Source: an uncultured virus (IMG/VR IMGVR_UViG_3300007539_010416) (Duplodnaviria > Heunggongvirae > Uroviricota > Caudoviricetes). Taken from it: a DNA stretch of 64,000 nucleotides. Both the position numbers and the translations under genes were made by a program. The notes beneath the pieces are model-generated. The model saw nothing but the letters and a program-made list of their open reading frames with translations. It ran no database searches and had not been told where the DNA came from. The stretch is from IMG/VR virus record IMGVR_UViG_3300007539_010416, one strand, 5' to 3'. Below, in pieces: positions 1-11,276 of the stretch (position 1 is the first letter of the stretch; each line of letters begins with the position of its first letter).

Positions 1-63
1 GATGCCTTCGCCAAAAGCTGATATAATCAACTCTTTCTTTTGCTTTAGAGTTATAATATTCAT
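1..63 (-). CDS. 5' end of a gene running off the window (MNIITLKQKKELIISAFGEGI...); function not assignable
   Basis: ATG at 63 on the minus strand, 11 nt after the resolvase stop; frame open to position 1. Confidence 0.45.
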   Translation of the reverse strand, partial: MNIITLKQKKELIISAFGEGI

Positions 64-74
64 TATAGAGAATA

Positions 75-638
75 TTAATCTCTATTTTGATTTTTTTCAA
101 GCCACATTGCTTTTGCAATCACAAAAGCATCTGCCATATCATAAGCGTATTTTTCGTATACTTTTATACCTTTTCTAGGTCCTGACTTGAGAATTTTTGT
201 AGGAAAGATAAATTTATCTCCAACTACTTCTTTGACTTGCCGAAGTACTTGATCTTTCGTATGTTCTGTTGTCTTCTTTTTCCCTAAAACAACGATGTTG
301 TTAATTTTTCTCGCATTGTTGACATTTATAGGATAGGCTTCGATGTCTAAGTCGTTATAGCAAACCCACTGAATGATTCCATTAAATTTTGCCAACTTAA
401 AAAGTGTCCCAGATGAAGATCTTCCTCGTGCAAAAGATGTGAGATAATCCTCTACAGCTATTTCTTCAATATTGTACTGGATCATCAGGTTCAGAGCATG
501 TGCTTTTACTTTTTTTACTTTCTCAAAAAAGTTTTCTACTTTTGTAAGTTCAACTTTTGAAAAATGAACCGGTTCTCCTGCGTCATCAACTACACAAAAA
601 CCTGTGCAAGATGTAGATATATCCATCCCTAATATCAT
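75..638 (-). CDS. RuvC-like Holliday junction resolvase
   Basis: N-terminal ILGMDISTSCTG, central IAVED and C-terminal DMADAFVIA match the RuvC/RNase H-fold acidic motifs. Confidence 0.8.
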   Translation of the reverse strand: MILGMDISTSCTGFCVVDDAGEPVHFSKVELTKVENFFEKVKKVKAHALNLMIQYNIEEIAVEDYLTSFARGRSSSGTLFKLAKFNGIIQWVCYNDLDIEAYPINVNNARKINNIVVLGKKKTTEHTKDQVLRQVKEVVGDKFIFPTKILKSGPRKGIKVYEKYAYDMADAFVIAKAMWLEKNQNRD

Positions 639-3026
639 CTAGAAATCCTGTTTAAGTCTAATAATAAATTCATCTTCTTCTGTTTTTGTAATAGGCTGCG
701 CCAGCTGTGCTTTCATTATTACATTAAAGTTATCATCATGAATGTTAACTGTTGTAACATGGATAGTAGAAAGTTTTTCATTGTGGGGTAGAGAATCAGG
801 TGGGTAAGATTGATAAGTTTTATTAGATGAAGACATAAACTGGCCTACTTCAACAGGCACGTTCAGCACCAAAGTCTGCATTGTTTGTTCTCCTCTAAAT
901 TTCATATCAATCTTATCTTTGCCAAAGTAAGGAATGTTAGGCGTCTTAATAACCGCAATACCTTCTTCATAAAGAATAGTGCCGATGTTGTTCCATTCTG
1001 CTTGCTTAGTTGCACAGTCAGCCCTAAACAAGCCTCCCCTTTGATTGTCTTTTATGTTTAACTTTATATCTCCAGAAGAACCGGTTAAATTCTCTTCGTA
1101 GAGATGAAAAGTTCCTGGATGTATTTTTGATCCGTAATAAATATTTGATATGTCTATTATCGTGATTTCATTTGAGCTTACGTCTCTTGTTCTTTGCGCA
1201 ATTGTCAAGACAGACCCGGGAGCTACACCTGGATTATCTGGTGCAGATCCAGCAATTTGATCAAAGATTGACCCGGAAGTAAAGACTAACCCTGGGAATA
1301 AAGAAGAAGTTGGAATAAGATTTTCTAGAGAAATAATTGAATAATCAGTTGCTCTTCCAGACTTCTTAAACATTGCGCTTCCAGACATGACAGAAGATTC
1401 TAAAATGTCATATCTAGGCATATGTAAGCCGTTATCGTTCGGTAGAACTGTTAACAGTCTTTTTGTATTTGAACCTGTGTTGTATGTGTAGCTATCTGCT
1501 GTTATGTTTTCAACTGTGGTATTTATTGTTTGAGGCACCAATCCGAGCAATCTAGGCTGTCGCATATTTACAAAATCAAGAACATAGTTTTCAAGATTTA
1601 TCATTTTCCCGCCTACACCAAATGAGTATTGAACATTAAACGGGTCATTAGTTGTACTAGATATTGTCTGAAAAGGCGTTGCTAAGACTTCTCTCTGTGA
1701 AGAAGATGGGAAAAAATACACAGGTAAGTAAAAAGTCATATCATCTGTTGCAGTAGGGCTTTTTGTAGTTAGATCTTCATATTTTTTTAGATTTTTATTA
1801 ATAAACTTATTATAGATACGAACATCATGAATCTCAGCATTAAGAGGATGATTTAGCTCTTCTGAAGTTACATCAAATGCTCTATCTGTGACTGCGTTGC
1901 CTGCTTTTGCATAGCCTTCTTCTCTCTTTGTACCCTTAGGACCTTCAGAGTCATCTGGCACCAGCGCACTTAAATCAGTATCAGTCCCGTTATAAAAATT
2001 ACCTAGAATTAAACACGGTGGTGTTTTTGTAATACTTGATGACTTGAGTGATGACGAAGGAATATGAAACTTTGTTTCTTTATTGTCAATAAAAAGAGAA
2101 CCTGTCGCATTATTTGACCCACTAGACCAGGCAATAAAAACGTTATGCCAATGATTTTTAGTCATATAATGCGAAGATGTAAAAATTAGATCTCTTGGAT
2201 ATGCTCCGCTTGGACTACTTAGATTAACTGAAGATGGTGACACATCAGCACTTTGGCTTAACTGCAAAAGTATTTTAAATTTATCTTCTGCACCAAATTC
2301 ATCTATTGATGAACCTGAAACTATTGAAATACATATTGAAGATGATATATGTAAAATTGTTCCTGCACGATAATCTCTATTTGAACGAGAATATCTTGGG
2401 TTCACCCAAAAATTAATTGAGAAACTATCAGGTAAATCATAAATTCCTGCATTGTTTATTTCTTTATTTGCATAAAGAATTGCAGAGCCTGTAGGGATGT
2501 GACTATTATCAAAAAAGTTTAAAGTATTATAATTTGTATACCAAAAACCACAATTGTCATATTTGTGTGTATGATAAGGCATAAGAATATTTCTAGTAAC
2601 ATTCTTTACAGTTGTATTTTTTGTGAATTTAAAAGGAGGATCAAATCTAAAAGCGTCAATTTGTTTTGTGTACCTCACGTCAAAAGGTGCTTCGTCAATT
2701 AAATTTAAATAAGCCCCTATCGATCCTGCAATATTTGTTTCACCGGCTGCTGATTGTGCTCTTGCTGTTTCAAAAGCAAGTGCTCTTGCATAGTTATCTT
2801 CATTCAAGGTGTGAACGCTACTTTTATTGTCTTCTACACTCGCAGCTAAATTATTAGAAGCTGTTTCTAAATCAATAATTTGTTTAAGCGCAGGAGATCT
2901 AACTGGACTTACGTATTGTGAGCCTGTTACACCGGCGCCAGAGGAAGAAGAAACAAAGTGAACGTGTGGTCGCAATAAGACCGAAACGTGTTCTAAATTT
3001 CTTTTTCCAAGCTTGATAAAAGACAT
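639..3026 (-). CDS. Virion tail/baseplate protein with LamG/concanavalin-like domain and tail-collar-like C-terminus
   Basis: FSINFWVNP...NHWHNV...AEIHDVRIYN LamG-type strands; C-terminus paralogous to 3039..4229. Confidence 0.6.
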   Translation of the reverse strand: MSFIKLGKRNLEHVSVLLRPHVHFVSSSSGAGVTGSQYVSPVRSPALKQIIDLETASNNLAASVEDNKSSVHTLNEDNYARALAFETARAQSAAGETNIAGSIGAYLNLIDEAPFDVRYTKQIDAFRFDPPFKFTKNTTVKNVTRNILMPYHTHKYDNCGFWYTNYNTLNFFDNSHIPTGSAILYANKEINNAGIYDLPDSFSINFWVNPRYSRSNRDYRAGTILHISSSICISIVSGSSIDEFGAEDKFKILLQLSQSADVSPSSVNLSSPSGAYPRDLIFTSSHYMTKNHWHNVFIAWSSGSNNATGSLFIDNKETKFHIPSSSLKSSSITKTPPCLILGNFYNGTDTDLSALVPDDSEGPKGTKREEGYAKAGNAVTDRAFDVTSEELNHPLNAEIHDVRIYNKFINKNLKKYEDLTTKSPTATDDMTFYLPVYFFPSSSQREVLATPFQTISSTTNDPFNVQYSFGVGGKMINLENYVLDFVNMRQPRLLGLVPQTINTTVENITADSYTYNTGSNTKRLLTVLPNDNGLHMPRYDILESSVMSGSAMFKKSGRATDYSIISLENLIPTSSLFPGLVFTSGSIFDQIAGSAPDNPGVAPGSVLTIAQRTRDVSSNEITIIDISNIYYGSKIHPGTFHLYEENLTGSSGDIKLNIKDNQRGGLFRADCATKQAEWNNIGTILYEEGIAVIKTPNIPYFGKDKIDMKFRGEQTMQTLVLNVPVEVGQFMSSSNKTYQSYPPDSLPHNEKLSTIHVTTVNIHDDNFNVIMKAQLAQPITKTEEDEFIIRLKQDF

Positions 3027-3038
3027 TGAACCCTCATT

Positions 3039-4229
3039 TTAGAAGTCTAGTCTAACTCTAAAAGTAAGATCCTTCTCGTCGTTCTTTTCAACTGGTCGTG
3101 ACAACTTAGCAGTTGCAAGAAGTTCTTCATTAGCATCGTATAGACCAACAGTCGAAACAAAAGAAAATGACTTTTGAGTTCCTTGCTCAGACTCATCAAT
3201 AACAACGATTCTTCCTTCTGAGTCTGTATATGATGGATTTGAAGAATAATTGAACTCATCAGCTGTTGCTCTGCAGAAAATAAGCGTTGAATTGATCTTT
3301 GTATTATTTTGGAATGTTAAAAATGTATTACTTCCTGAACCGAATCTTGCCGTAGCGAAGTGATCCAAGATAGTATCCATAGAAGCTGACGCTACAAAAT
3401 GAGGTACAAAAGAAGCACTCATTGCTGCAGTCCCGGTCGCACCGACCGCGGCGAATGTCCCTGACATATGCTGTTTTGAGTCTATTGCTCGCTCTAAATC
3501 AAGAACTGCAATTCCTTTTTGGTAAAACATTAATCCGACAGTCTGCGATGTATCTGATGCTAAAACAATGTTTCCTACATCACCGCCAAACTGTGATCTT
3601 TCAATACTAGAAGCTGCTCCTACATCTGTAAAAATAACAGAACTTGAGGCCGGCTGGGCTGTAGTGAGGCCGCTAATGTTATCATTTGTAGCGTTAGCAA
3701 CAACTGCAGAAGAACTTTGAAAGCATCTCATCGCAAAAGTTTCTCTTTTAATACCGTCACGAACAAAAAGTCGCTTAAAACACAGAAAGAGCGCATTGTC
3801 AATATCGTCTGTAGAAGCTGTACTAGAAAAAGGTGCTCTAAATCTAGCAGACGCATCACCCAAAAGAGTTTGTGAAAATTGTCGATAAATATTAATCTTT
3901 TCTCGCATCATCAAAGATTGTGAAGCAAAAAGAATTTTTCCATTTGTATCAACGCCAGTAGATGCAGAAGCAGCAGTGGTAGAACCAGAGAATATTCCAA
4001 ATGTTATATCAAAGATTTCATTTGCTGTTTGAAGAGCATAATTTTGATCAAAAATTGTTTGAAAAAGTGAAGATGTCACAGCGTTTGAATTAGAAGAAGT
4101 GACAAAAACTTGATATTTTTTTCTTGTTGCTGAACCTGATATATCTTCTTCTACAAAGTCTACCAGCTGATTTAATGTTGTTCTAGTTGTCTTTATATCT
4201 GCACTTGATATTGTCTTAAAAGTAGCCAT
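3039..4229 (-). CDS. Virion tail/baseplate structural protein
   Basis: C-terminal TVGLYDANEELLATAKLSRPVEK resembles the EVGLxD-type tail-collar motif; Ser/Thr-rich; in structural operon. Confidence 0.6.
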   Translation of the reverse strand: MATFKTISSADIKTTRTTLNQLVDFVEEDISGSATRKKYQVFVTSSNSNAVTSSLFQTIFDQNYALQTANEIFDITFGIFSGSTTAASASTGVDTNGKILFASQSLMMREKINIYRQFSQTLLGDASARFRAPFSSTASTDDIDNALFLCFKRLFVRDGIKRETFAMRCFQSSSAVVANATNDNISGLTTAQPASSSVIFTDVGAASSIERSQFGGDVGNIVLASDTSQTVGLMFYQKGIAVLDLERAIDSKQHMSGTFAAVGATGTAAMSASFVPHFVASASMDTILDHFATARFGSGSNTFLTFQNNTKINSTLIFCRATADEFNYSSNPSYTDSEGRIVVIDESEQGTQKSFSFVSTVGLYDANEELLATAKLSRPVEKNDEKDLTFRVRLDF

Positions 4230-4241
4230 TGTTTCCTCTTA

Positions 4242-4940
4242 TTATGATATTTTCAACTCAATATTTTTAGTTAATCCAGAGTTGACACCAGTTACTTTCA
4301 AAAAAGATCTTATATATGATCCGCCAGATACTGAATAAGTGTTGAAAGTAGTATCTGAAAAACTCTTTAAATTAAGTGTGACTGAAGCTGTAATAGAATC
4401 GCCTTGTGTATTAAAGTCTGCAGGTATTCTGTATACAGCAACATTGTCTGTGTAAATAACATCAGGTTGCTCTCCTGCAATTGTAAAAAACAAGTTATTT
4501 ATTTCAACTCTTAATTCACCGTCAATAATATCAGGCTCAATACCTGTTCCTGTTTTGGAACTAATTGTTGCCGTTACGGTCTGCGAAGTTGTTGATGTTC
4601 TTGTAAAATTAACAACCGTGCTTGTAAGGTCAGTACCTGACAAAGACATTTCCAAAACAGGCAAATGCGTTAAAAACTCGTTTGAAATACTAAGCAATTT
4701 GTGTTTAAGACCCAGACTTCCGGCTGTAAAAGCTTCTAATATCGGAGTATTTTTTTCTATCTTTTCTCTCCCAACTGTTCTGCCAAACTGTTGAATAACA
4801 GAATAATCAATTTCATCATCACCTAAAGCGAATTGAAAAATTTGAAAAGAACCGTCATTTCTAGCAAGTGCTCTACGCCCAGCATCTGTTAAGACGGCGT
4901 CAACAATAATGTTGTTGGTGCTATGATCTAAAAATCCCAT
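4242..4940 (-). CDS. Virion structural protein with tail-collar-like N-terminus
   Basis: N-terminal DAVLTDAGRRALA...FALGDDEIDY motif; AGGAG RBS. Confidence 0.55.
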   Translation of the reverse strand: MGFLDHSTNNIIVDAVLTDAGRRALARNDGSFQIFQFALGDDEIDYSVIQQFGRTVGREKIEKNTPILEAFTAGSLGLKHKLLSISNEFLTHLPVLEMSLSGTDLTSTVVNFTRTSTTSQTVTATISSKTGTGIEPDIIDGELRVEINNLFFTIAGEQPDVIYTDNVAVYRIPADFNTQGDSITASVTLNLKSFSDTTFNTYSVSGGSYIRSFLKVTGVNSGLTKNIELKIS

Positions 4941-5005
4941 TTTATCTCCTTGATACTAAATATACACTAAAAAAAAAATATTGTAATTCTATTATTGAAA
5001 GGGCT

Positions 5006-6988
5006 CTATTTTTTAACGTTTGTTGTTGAAATAGGATCACCGCTTGCATCTGAAATTCTTATGTTTAGAATTTTATCCTTATGATTATCTATATTTATCA
5101 TGTGAATTTGATATGTGTCTTTATCTGGATTTATTCTTAAAAAGTCTAAATCTTTTTCTTTTTTTGGATTCTTTTTATTGATATATCTTGTAACCTTATA
5201 ATATTCAGGATCAAAATAAACTCTCATTCTATCGTATCCGCTAGCTTTGATTGCATCGTCAAAAGAGTCTTTATTAATCAACATGTTCGGATAAGGCTTC
5301 GGAGCGTTAGGAAAACTTATCATTTCGTTTTTAACTTTGTTTCTACGCTTATCATAAATAAATCTCATTTGTGTAGCAAGATTCGATGATAACCCGTGAG
5401 CATCAACACATGCAACAGTATAGATAGGCTTTTCTCCATCTTTCCATTCATTATCAACGTATGAAATTTTTGGATTGTCAAATCTATAAAGTCTGTCTTC
5501 GCTAGCAATTTCAGAAACAGCTGATCTTATTGTTGAATTATCAAAATCATACTCAGCGAGAAGTGTAAAGGGTTCGCTAATTGTATTTCTCTTGAAAACT
5601 TGAAATCTTTTTATGTCTCGCTGAGGATTTACAGGAAATTGCCATCTCACTCTTGGCTTTCTTGTTTTGTAATCAAAAGTTATTCTTATGTTTGACGGAG
5701 GTGGGGGAGGAACATGTTCAATGCAATGAACACCAGTCATTTTTCCTTCTGAAGATATTAAAATTTCAACAACAGACAAATCATCGAGCGATGCATCTTC
5801 ATCGCTTCTTTCTTCAGCAATCATTTTAACGTAATAAATTGATCTTATTTCATAAACATAGACACCGCCATATCTTACATTTTCGTCAATAATATAGAGT
5901 CCGTCTGGATTGTCAGCAATTAGGCGACCTCTTGTTTCGTAAGTGTCATTTTCTAAAATTTCTAGCTTGTTAATTAAATATCCTGCGTGTTTAATAACAG
6001 GATATTCTTGAAAAGCCTTTAAAATTTTTGTTGGGTCTGATGTTTTTCCAAAAATGCTAGCAACAGGCAGAGAGCTTAAAACCTTTGTTCTTGTAGTATA
6101 AGTTTTTTCTGTTTCTTTATTAGAACTATTTCTTTTAATTGCATAGCTATTTGCCTGACGTGAAAAATCTTTTACTGAAAAAAATTCATCTTGAAACACA
6201 CTGTCGGGGATTCTTGTTGCAGCATCTATTACTTGATCAAAGACTAGCTTGTTTGCCTGAATAGTAAAGTTTTGACGAGAAGTTAGATCATCTGCATTTT
6301 CTGCAGATTCTTCAGAAATATCTGAAGAAGCCATTGTATATCCTTTTGACTGAATTCCTTTAAGTGCTGATGCGATTAATTTTTTCTCTTCTCCTGTCAG
6401 CTTTCCGTCATCTTGTGCTTCTAAAAGCTTTCTGTATCCATCTTGTGGCGAGTCTTTTGAATCTGCTACTTGCGTTACAAACATCGCTCCGTCGAGCATA
6501 GAATAAAGACTTTTTTCTTTTAACGAGTCTACAATTTCAAAACTAACAAAGTCTTCATTGGTTACCCCGCCCTCGATAAGAATCTTATCTATGTTTTGAG
6601 ACACTATTCTTGAGTTTCTTAATTCTTGTATAAGCTTGTTTCGCTTAGGCGGTTTAAAAGATAAAGCTACATATCTGGGCTTTCGATCATTATTGAGTTG
6701 AAAAAATATTTCATCATCTCTAGACACAGAAACATCTAAAACACTTCCGGGGTTTTCTATAATTTCTCTTTCATTAGCTGTAAAAAAATTATATACAAAC
6801 CTTGCCTTTGCCTCTTTAATCTCGGGAACGTTTACTCGAAAAGCAGGTACTGTGGGGTAGCTATCCAGCGCCAGAAGCTCATCACCACCTAGAATTCCAG
6901 ATCTCTCTTTTACAGGTATGTTAATACCTGTCTTCTCCTGGGCTTCGTATTGAATATTAATTATGTCTGTTAAATCTGAATCTGCCAT
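5006..6988 (-). CDS. Putative structural protein with FN3/Ig-like segments
   Basis: 660 aa ORF; PPPPSNIRITF...VRWQ and YVD...YTVACVDAHG resemble FN3 strands; in structural operon. Confidence 0.4.
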   Translation of the reverse strand: MADSDLTDIINIQYEAQEKTGINIPVKERSGILGGDELLALDSYPTVPAFRVNVPEIKEAKARFVYNFFTANEREIIENPGSVLDVSVSRDDEIFFQLNNDRKPRYVALSFKPPKRNKLIQELRNSRIVSQNIDKILIEGGVTNEDFVSFEIVDSLKEKSLYSMLDGAMFVTQVADSKDSPQDGYRKLLEAQDDGKLTGEEKKLIASALKGIQSKGYTMASSDISEESAENADDLTSRQNFTIQANKLVFDQVIDAATRIPDSVFQDEFFSVKDFSRQANSYAIKRNSSNKETEKTYTTRTKVLSSLPVASIFGKTSDPTKILKAFQEYPVIKHAGYLINKLEILENDTYETRGRLIADNPDGLYIIDENVRYGGVYVYEIRSIYYVKMIAEERSDEDASLDDLSVVEILISSEGKMTGVHCIEHVPPPPPSNIRITFDYKTRKPRVRWQFPVNPQRDIKRFQVFKRNTISEPFTLLAEYDFDNSTIRSAVSEIASEDRLYRFDNPKISYVDNEWKDGEKPIYTVACVDAHGLSSNLATQMRFIYDKRRNKVKNEMISFPNAPKPYPNMLINKDSFDDAIKASGYDRMRVYFDPEYYKVTRYINKKNPKKEKDLDFLRINPDKDTYQIHMINIDNHKDKILNIRISDASGDPISTTNVKK

Positions 6989-6991
6989 TTA

Positions 6992-9900
6992 TTACTCGGG
7001 TAAAATTGTAATTGTAGCATACATGCTAAATACTTCTGGAAAATCTTCATCGCATTCAGCGATATATTTGTTAATATTTTTATCTTTTCTTAAAATCCCT
7101 CTCTTTACTTCGGGGCGATATATTCTAGAAGTATGACTAAAATTAGGCTCTGTTTTATATACATCAGTAAAATCTTTATCATATGCATCTGAATAGAGAA
7201 CAAAGTCTTTTTCATTAACAAGAATTGAGAGCACTTTGTCAAACTTTTTAGGATAAATTATTTTTTTCACTTTATCAACTAAGCAATACGCAGGGTTTGC
7301 TGCAATAATTTCAACTATTCTAAATAATTCACTTGCTAATTTTTGATCAACATTGGCAGCTGGATATAAAAGTCTCGTCTGATTTAAAAGATTGTTGTAG
7401 TCAGCTTGAATGTCTTCTTTTGATGAGGATATTCCTCCTGTCACTTCTCCGGAATTTTTTCTAATTGGTGACAGTGTAAAGCTATTCTCATTTAAATCCA
7501 ATCCTAGCGCATATCTGTAATATACTTTAAAAGCATAATCAAAGACATGATTAATCAAGACATCTTTTCCTACCAAACTAGTCAAATCTGAACCTTTCTT
7601 AAAGACAGGTTCAAAAGCAGAAGTTAGATTTGCAAAAGGGTCATCACCCAGATTTTTTCTTACCCACTGAGTAAATTCAATATTGTCAATTATTTGATCA
7701 AACGTCCATGTGTCTGAAAAGTTTGTTATATGATTAAGGGATTCACCTAAATAGTTATTGTCAATTATCATAAGCGAAGAATCAAATAAATATGTTCTAG
7801 GATAAACTAGGATTTGTGAATCAACTTCGTTTCTTTTAAAAATATTTACACAAAACTTTCTTGATTCTAAAAATCTTCTATCGTCAAAATCTTTAAAAGC
7901 TTCATATCTTAAAGTATTTAGCATAGAATTGGTGACACCAATATGACAAATATTTTTCGGACCTCTCTTTTCTGATGAAAGAAAACCGTACCCAGATGTT
8001 GTTAATATTTTCATCATTAGTTTTATTTGATTTAGACTGGGGACATCTTCTTGTGTATAAGAAGATTTTCCGGCGCTGATGAGTGTTGTCGTGTAAGCCT
8101 TGTATATTTGTGCAACACCTTCGTCTGTCAATAAGTCAAGAGAATTATGAAAAGCTTTTATTTTTCTATTTTTAAGTATTTTGACGCCTAATTTGCTTCT
8201 ATTTGAACCATCGCCTTGTCTAATAAATTTAGATGACTGGACATACTGATTATAAATTTGTTGACCATGATAAGCAGGACCTAAAACAGCGGCAGCAGAC
8301 TTGCTTATTCTTCTTTTTAGCGCTTGAAGAAAATTCACAAGATGTGCCCTAGTGTTTTGATAAGCTATGATTTTATCAGAGGGTGGGTTGTCTCCAAGAT
8401 CCCGGCGGCCGTCGGATCCTGCTGCCTTAAAAGCATGTGCAATTCCATCTATCTCGCTCTTGCTCATCCAAATTTCAATTCTTGCACCTCTGTCTCCACC
8501 TTCAAAAGACTTAACATAAACTCTCGCAGACTTATTTATGATACCAGCGATAAACCCGTACAATAGAAATAATCGCTGATGAGAAGCAAGACTTATGCCC
8601 GAACCCTGATACTTAAGTCCTGTGATTTCATGATAAGTTTTATTACCCTTATCTTGACGTTTATTGTTGAAACTTATTCGCTGACTTTCACTTACAAGAC
8701 CTGCATCTTCAAAATGCTCATTATGCAAAAAGTATTTAAAAGTAGGACAAGGTGTGCTGCTTCTAAAAGATATATTTGGTCCTCCCTCTAAAGCTCTAAG
8801 TTCTTTATTAAGCCCATTTCTTGGAGACCCATATTCAGTTCCGCTCTGTCTATAGATTTTATACTTTATTCTGTTAGAGTTTTCTTCTTCTGTTCCTGGA
8901 ACAACAGTCCGACCATTGCTTATTTTGTTAAACTTATTATCATTGCTCGTATATCTATTTGTCTGGATGGCAGAAGGCATCTGGTCTCCATTATAATTTA
9001 AAACAGCTCTAGATTGAGCAAGATTAATATCACCCCTTGTAAGCCTTCCAGCATCATACAAAAACTTTTTAACCAAAGTTTGATTAGCTACTCGCATAAC
9101 CCTTCTTGTTCCAGACTGTGATATAACTGGATCAAAAGATTCACCATCTTGATTAGACACAGCAGCAGCACCTACGGGCCCAGCTAGAGCGCCGGCAACT
9201 AAGACATCGTTAGTGCTTGCTGAAGCATCTCCTACACCGCCGCCTTCTTTATCTTCTACCGTATCTAGACGAGCAGCATTATAAATAGATCTGAAAAGCC
9301 TTATTAGGCCTGCTGTGTCTCCTCCGCTGTGTGACATTAAAGCTAGTAAAAAGATATCCATACTGCCATTTTCAGATGCAGTTGATAATTCTTCACCTAT
9401 TTTAAATAAAAGTTTTTTAGCAGCAGGTAAAGCATAATCAAGTTTTGTCATTTCATATATGTCGCTTACATAACTAGAAGTAAAATTAACATAGTCTTCT
9501 GCAAAACTTTTTAGATCTGTCAGTTTTTCATCTCCTCGCTGTAAAGAAACATCATAAAAATATTCTGGGCCCGTAAGATAAGACGCCTGATGTATGCTAC
9601 CTAAAAGTGTAGTTGATTCAAAAGGAATATAATCAGATAAGTCATCAGAATTTGAAGACTTTGCTGATAAATACTTGATTAGTCTAGGGCTAGCCGGTCG
9701 TGATCTCGTAAGATTGTATTTATAAGTTAGGTCACTTCTTGCAGCATCTTTATCAAATTCTAAAAGTTCTCTATAGTAATCTTCTACAGAAGATATTCCT
9801 CCTGGAATACCCTGTCCTAAAGAATAAAATGCTTTTATTTTTTTTGTCCTAGAAGTTGATGTTGAAGCTATATCTATGCAGTCATTGAAAATAGAAGCAG

Positions 9901-11275
9901 CTAATAAATCTCCGTGAATATCAATCTTGCTGACGTTAGTCGGATACGCGTTGTAAATATTTTCGATTGCACTTGCGTTAAAGCTTCTTTCATCAGCTTT
10001 ATGTCTGTTTTCTGCAAAATAATCATCATCTCTTGCAGCAGTATTAGTATAGATACCGCTTAATTTAGCATTACTTAAGATGGTTAATGCTTTCTTAGTA
10101 TTAGGTTGAGATCTATATGCAGGAAATTTTTTAACAGTTACACCTTCGTCAATAGTTTCAGACAAAACTTCAGTCATAATCTCTTCTTGTCTCAAAAAAG
10201 ACTCTCCTGCAGCAATAAAAAATTGAATGAGTAAGCTTACATCAGGAGCGTTTGAAGAAAATTTAATCCCAGAATAGGTTTTTAAAACTTCAGACATATC
10301 ATTTAAACTAGAGTAGGCGGCACCCAAGGATAAATCCGGGTGAACACCAAACATTAAATCTTGCATTTTGCTAATGTTGTTGTCATCAAAATCTTTTTCT
10401 GATCTATTGAAGTCTAAAGCCTCATAAATAGACCATCTTGCTAAAGCTGCATCTTTCATAGATAAAATACCGCTCATGTACTTTAATATATCATAAGTTA
10501 TCTTTTCTAAAATAACTCGCTCTACAAGCACTCTTAAGTAAGGATCTTCTTTGTTTGCGCTAAATACTCTTTTAATAGGCGAAAAATCAAGACCAAGCTT
10601 AGGTGAAACAGATATGTTTTTTATGACGCCAGGCGTGATAGATTCAGAATTTGCATCCGGGCCTTTCGTTCTTTTCTTATTACTTCTTGATGCTTGAGCT
10701 TTATTTGACTTAGTTGCAGCATTTTTAGAAGAAGTTTTAAATTGATGCAAACCTCCTTTTCGATCATTTCCAGCTACTATAGATTCAATGACAGCATCAA
10801 CGGTTTGACTTAGACTTTCTTTGACAAGATCTTCTAAAGATTCATCTATTTTTTTTCTAAGAATATTTAAAACTTTTTCGGCATTAAAACCCTTTATCCG
10901 ATCTAGAAGAATGTCTGCAGCACTAATTGTAGCTAGTCTAACTTGTCTATGTATTTCAAATAATTTGGTAATGCTATTTACACTTAAAAGATTGTTATCA
11001 CCTAGTTGAACCTTTAAGCCTGTTGAGTCTGGATTTGTGCCGTCGCCTACGGGTACAAATTCTGTATTTGCAATAATCAAAGGTTTGAGCGGATTTAAAC
11101 CTGCGAGACTTAGTTTTTGTAATTTCTGTGAAGCTTCAGGATTTAATGAAGTTTCAATATCTTCAGGATCATCTGAACCTGCGGCCGGAGTTGTTATAGC
11201 AATAGTAGGAAATCTTCTACTTTCTGAAGAAGATTTTTGAAGAGAAAAATTTGATTTTCTAGGGTCTTGTGCCAC
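6992..11275 (-). CDS. Large hypothetical protein, probably virion-associated (1427 aa)
   Basis: Long ORF tightly packed in the structural operon; no recognisable motif. Confidence 0.5.
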   Translation of the reverse strand: MAQDPRKSNFSLQKSSSESRRFPTIAITTPAAGSDDPEDIETSLNPEASQKLQKLSLAGLNPLKPLIIANTEFVPVGDGTNPDSTGLKVQLGDNNLLSVNSITKLFEIHRQVRLATISAADILLDRIKGFNAEKVLNILRKKIDESLEDLVKESLSQTVDAVIESIVAGNDRKGGLHQFKTSSKNAATKSNKAQASRSNKKRTKGPDANSESITPGVIKNISVSPKLGLDFSPIKRVFSANKEDPYLRVLVERVILEKITYDILKYMSGILSMKDAALARWSIYEALDFNRSEKDFDDNNISKMQDLMFGVHPDLSLGAAYSSLNDMSEVLKTYSGIKFSSNAPDVSLLIQFFIAAGESFLRQEEIMTEVLSETIDEGVTVKKFPAYRSQPNTKKALTILSNAKLSGIYTNTAARDDDYFAENRHKADERSFNASAIENIYNAYPTNVSKIDIHGDLLAASIFNDCIDIASTSTSRTKKIKAFYSLGQGIPGGISSVEDYYRELLEFDKDAARSDLTYKYNLTRSRPASPRLIKYLSAKSSNSDDLSDYIPFESTTLLGSIHQASYLTGPEYFYDVSLQRGDEKLTDLKSFAEDYVNFTSSYVSDIYEMTKLDYALPAAKKLLFKIGEELSTASENGSMDIFLLALMSHSGGDTAGLIRLFRSIYNAARLDTVEDKEGGGVGDASASTNDVLVAGALAGPVGAAAVSNQDGESFDPVISQSGTRRVMRVANQTLVKKFLYDAGRLTRGDINLAQSRAVLNYNGDQMPSAIQTNRYTSNDNKFNKISNGRTVVPGTEEENSNRIKYKIYRQSGTEYGSPRNGLNKELRALEGGPNISFRSSTPCPTFKYFLHNEHFEDAGLVSESQRISFNNKRQDKGNKTYHEITGLKYQGSGISLASHQRLFLLYGFIAGIINKSARVYVKSFEGGDRGARIEIWMSKSEIDGIAHAFKAAGSDGRRDLGDNPPSDKIIAYQNTRAHLVNFLQALKRRISKSAAAVLGPAYHGQQIYNQYVQSSKFIRQGDGSNRSKLGVKILKNRKIKAFHNSLDLLTDEGVAQIYKAYTTTLISAGKSSYTQEDVPSLNQIKLMMKILTTSGYGFLSSEKRGPKNICHIGVTNSMLNTLRYEAFKDFDDRRFLESRKFCVNIFKRNEVDSQILVYPRTYLFDSSLMIIDNNYLGESLNHITNFSDTWTFDQIIDNIEFTQWVRKNLGDDPFANLTSAFEPVFKKGSDLTSLVGKDVLINHVFDYAFKVYYRYALGLDLNENSFTLSPIRKNSGEVTGGISSSKEDIQADYNNLLNQTRLLYPAANVDQKLASELFRIVEIIAANPAYCLVDKVKKIIYPKKFDKVLSILVNEKDFVLYSDAYDKDFTDVYKTEPNFSHTSRIYRPEVKRGILRKDKNINKYIAECDEDFPEVFSMYATITILPE

Positions 11276-11276
11276 T

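Noticed and set aside
4941..5005. A10 run (T tract on the minus strand) as an intrinsic terminator
   Set aside because: No convincing GC-rich stem precedes the T tract
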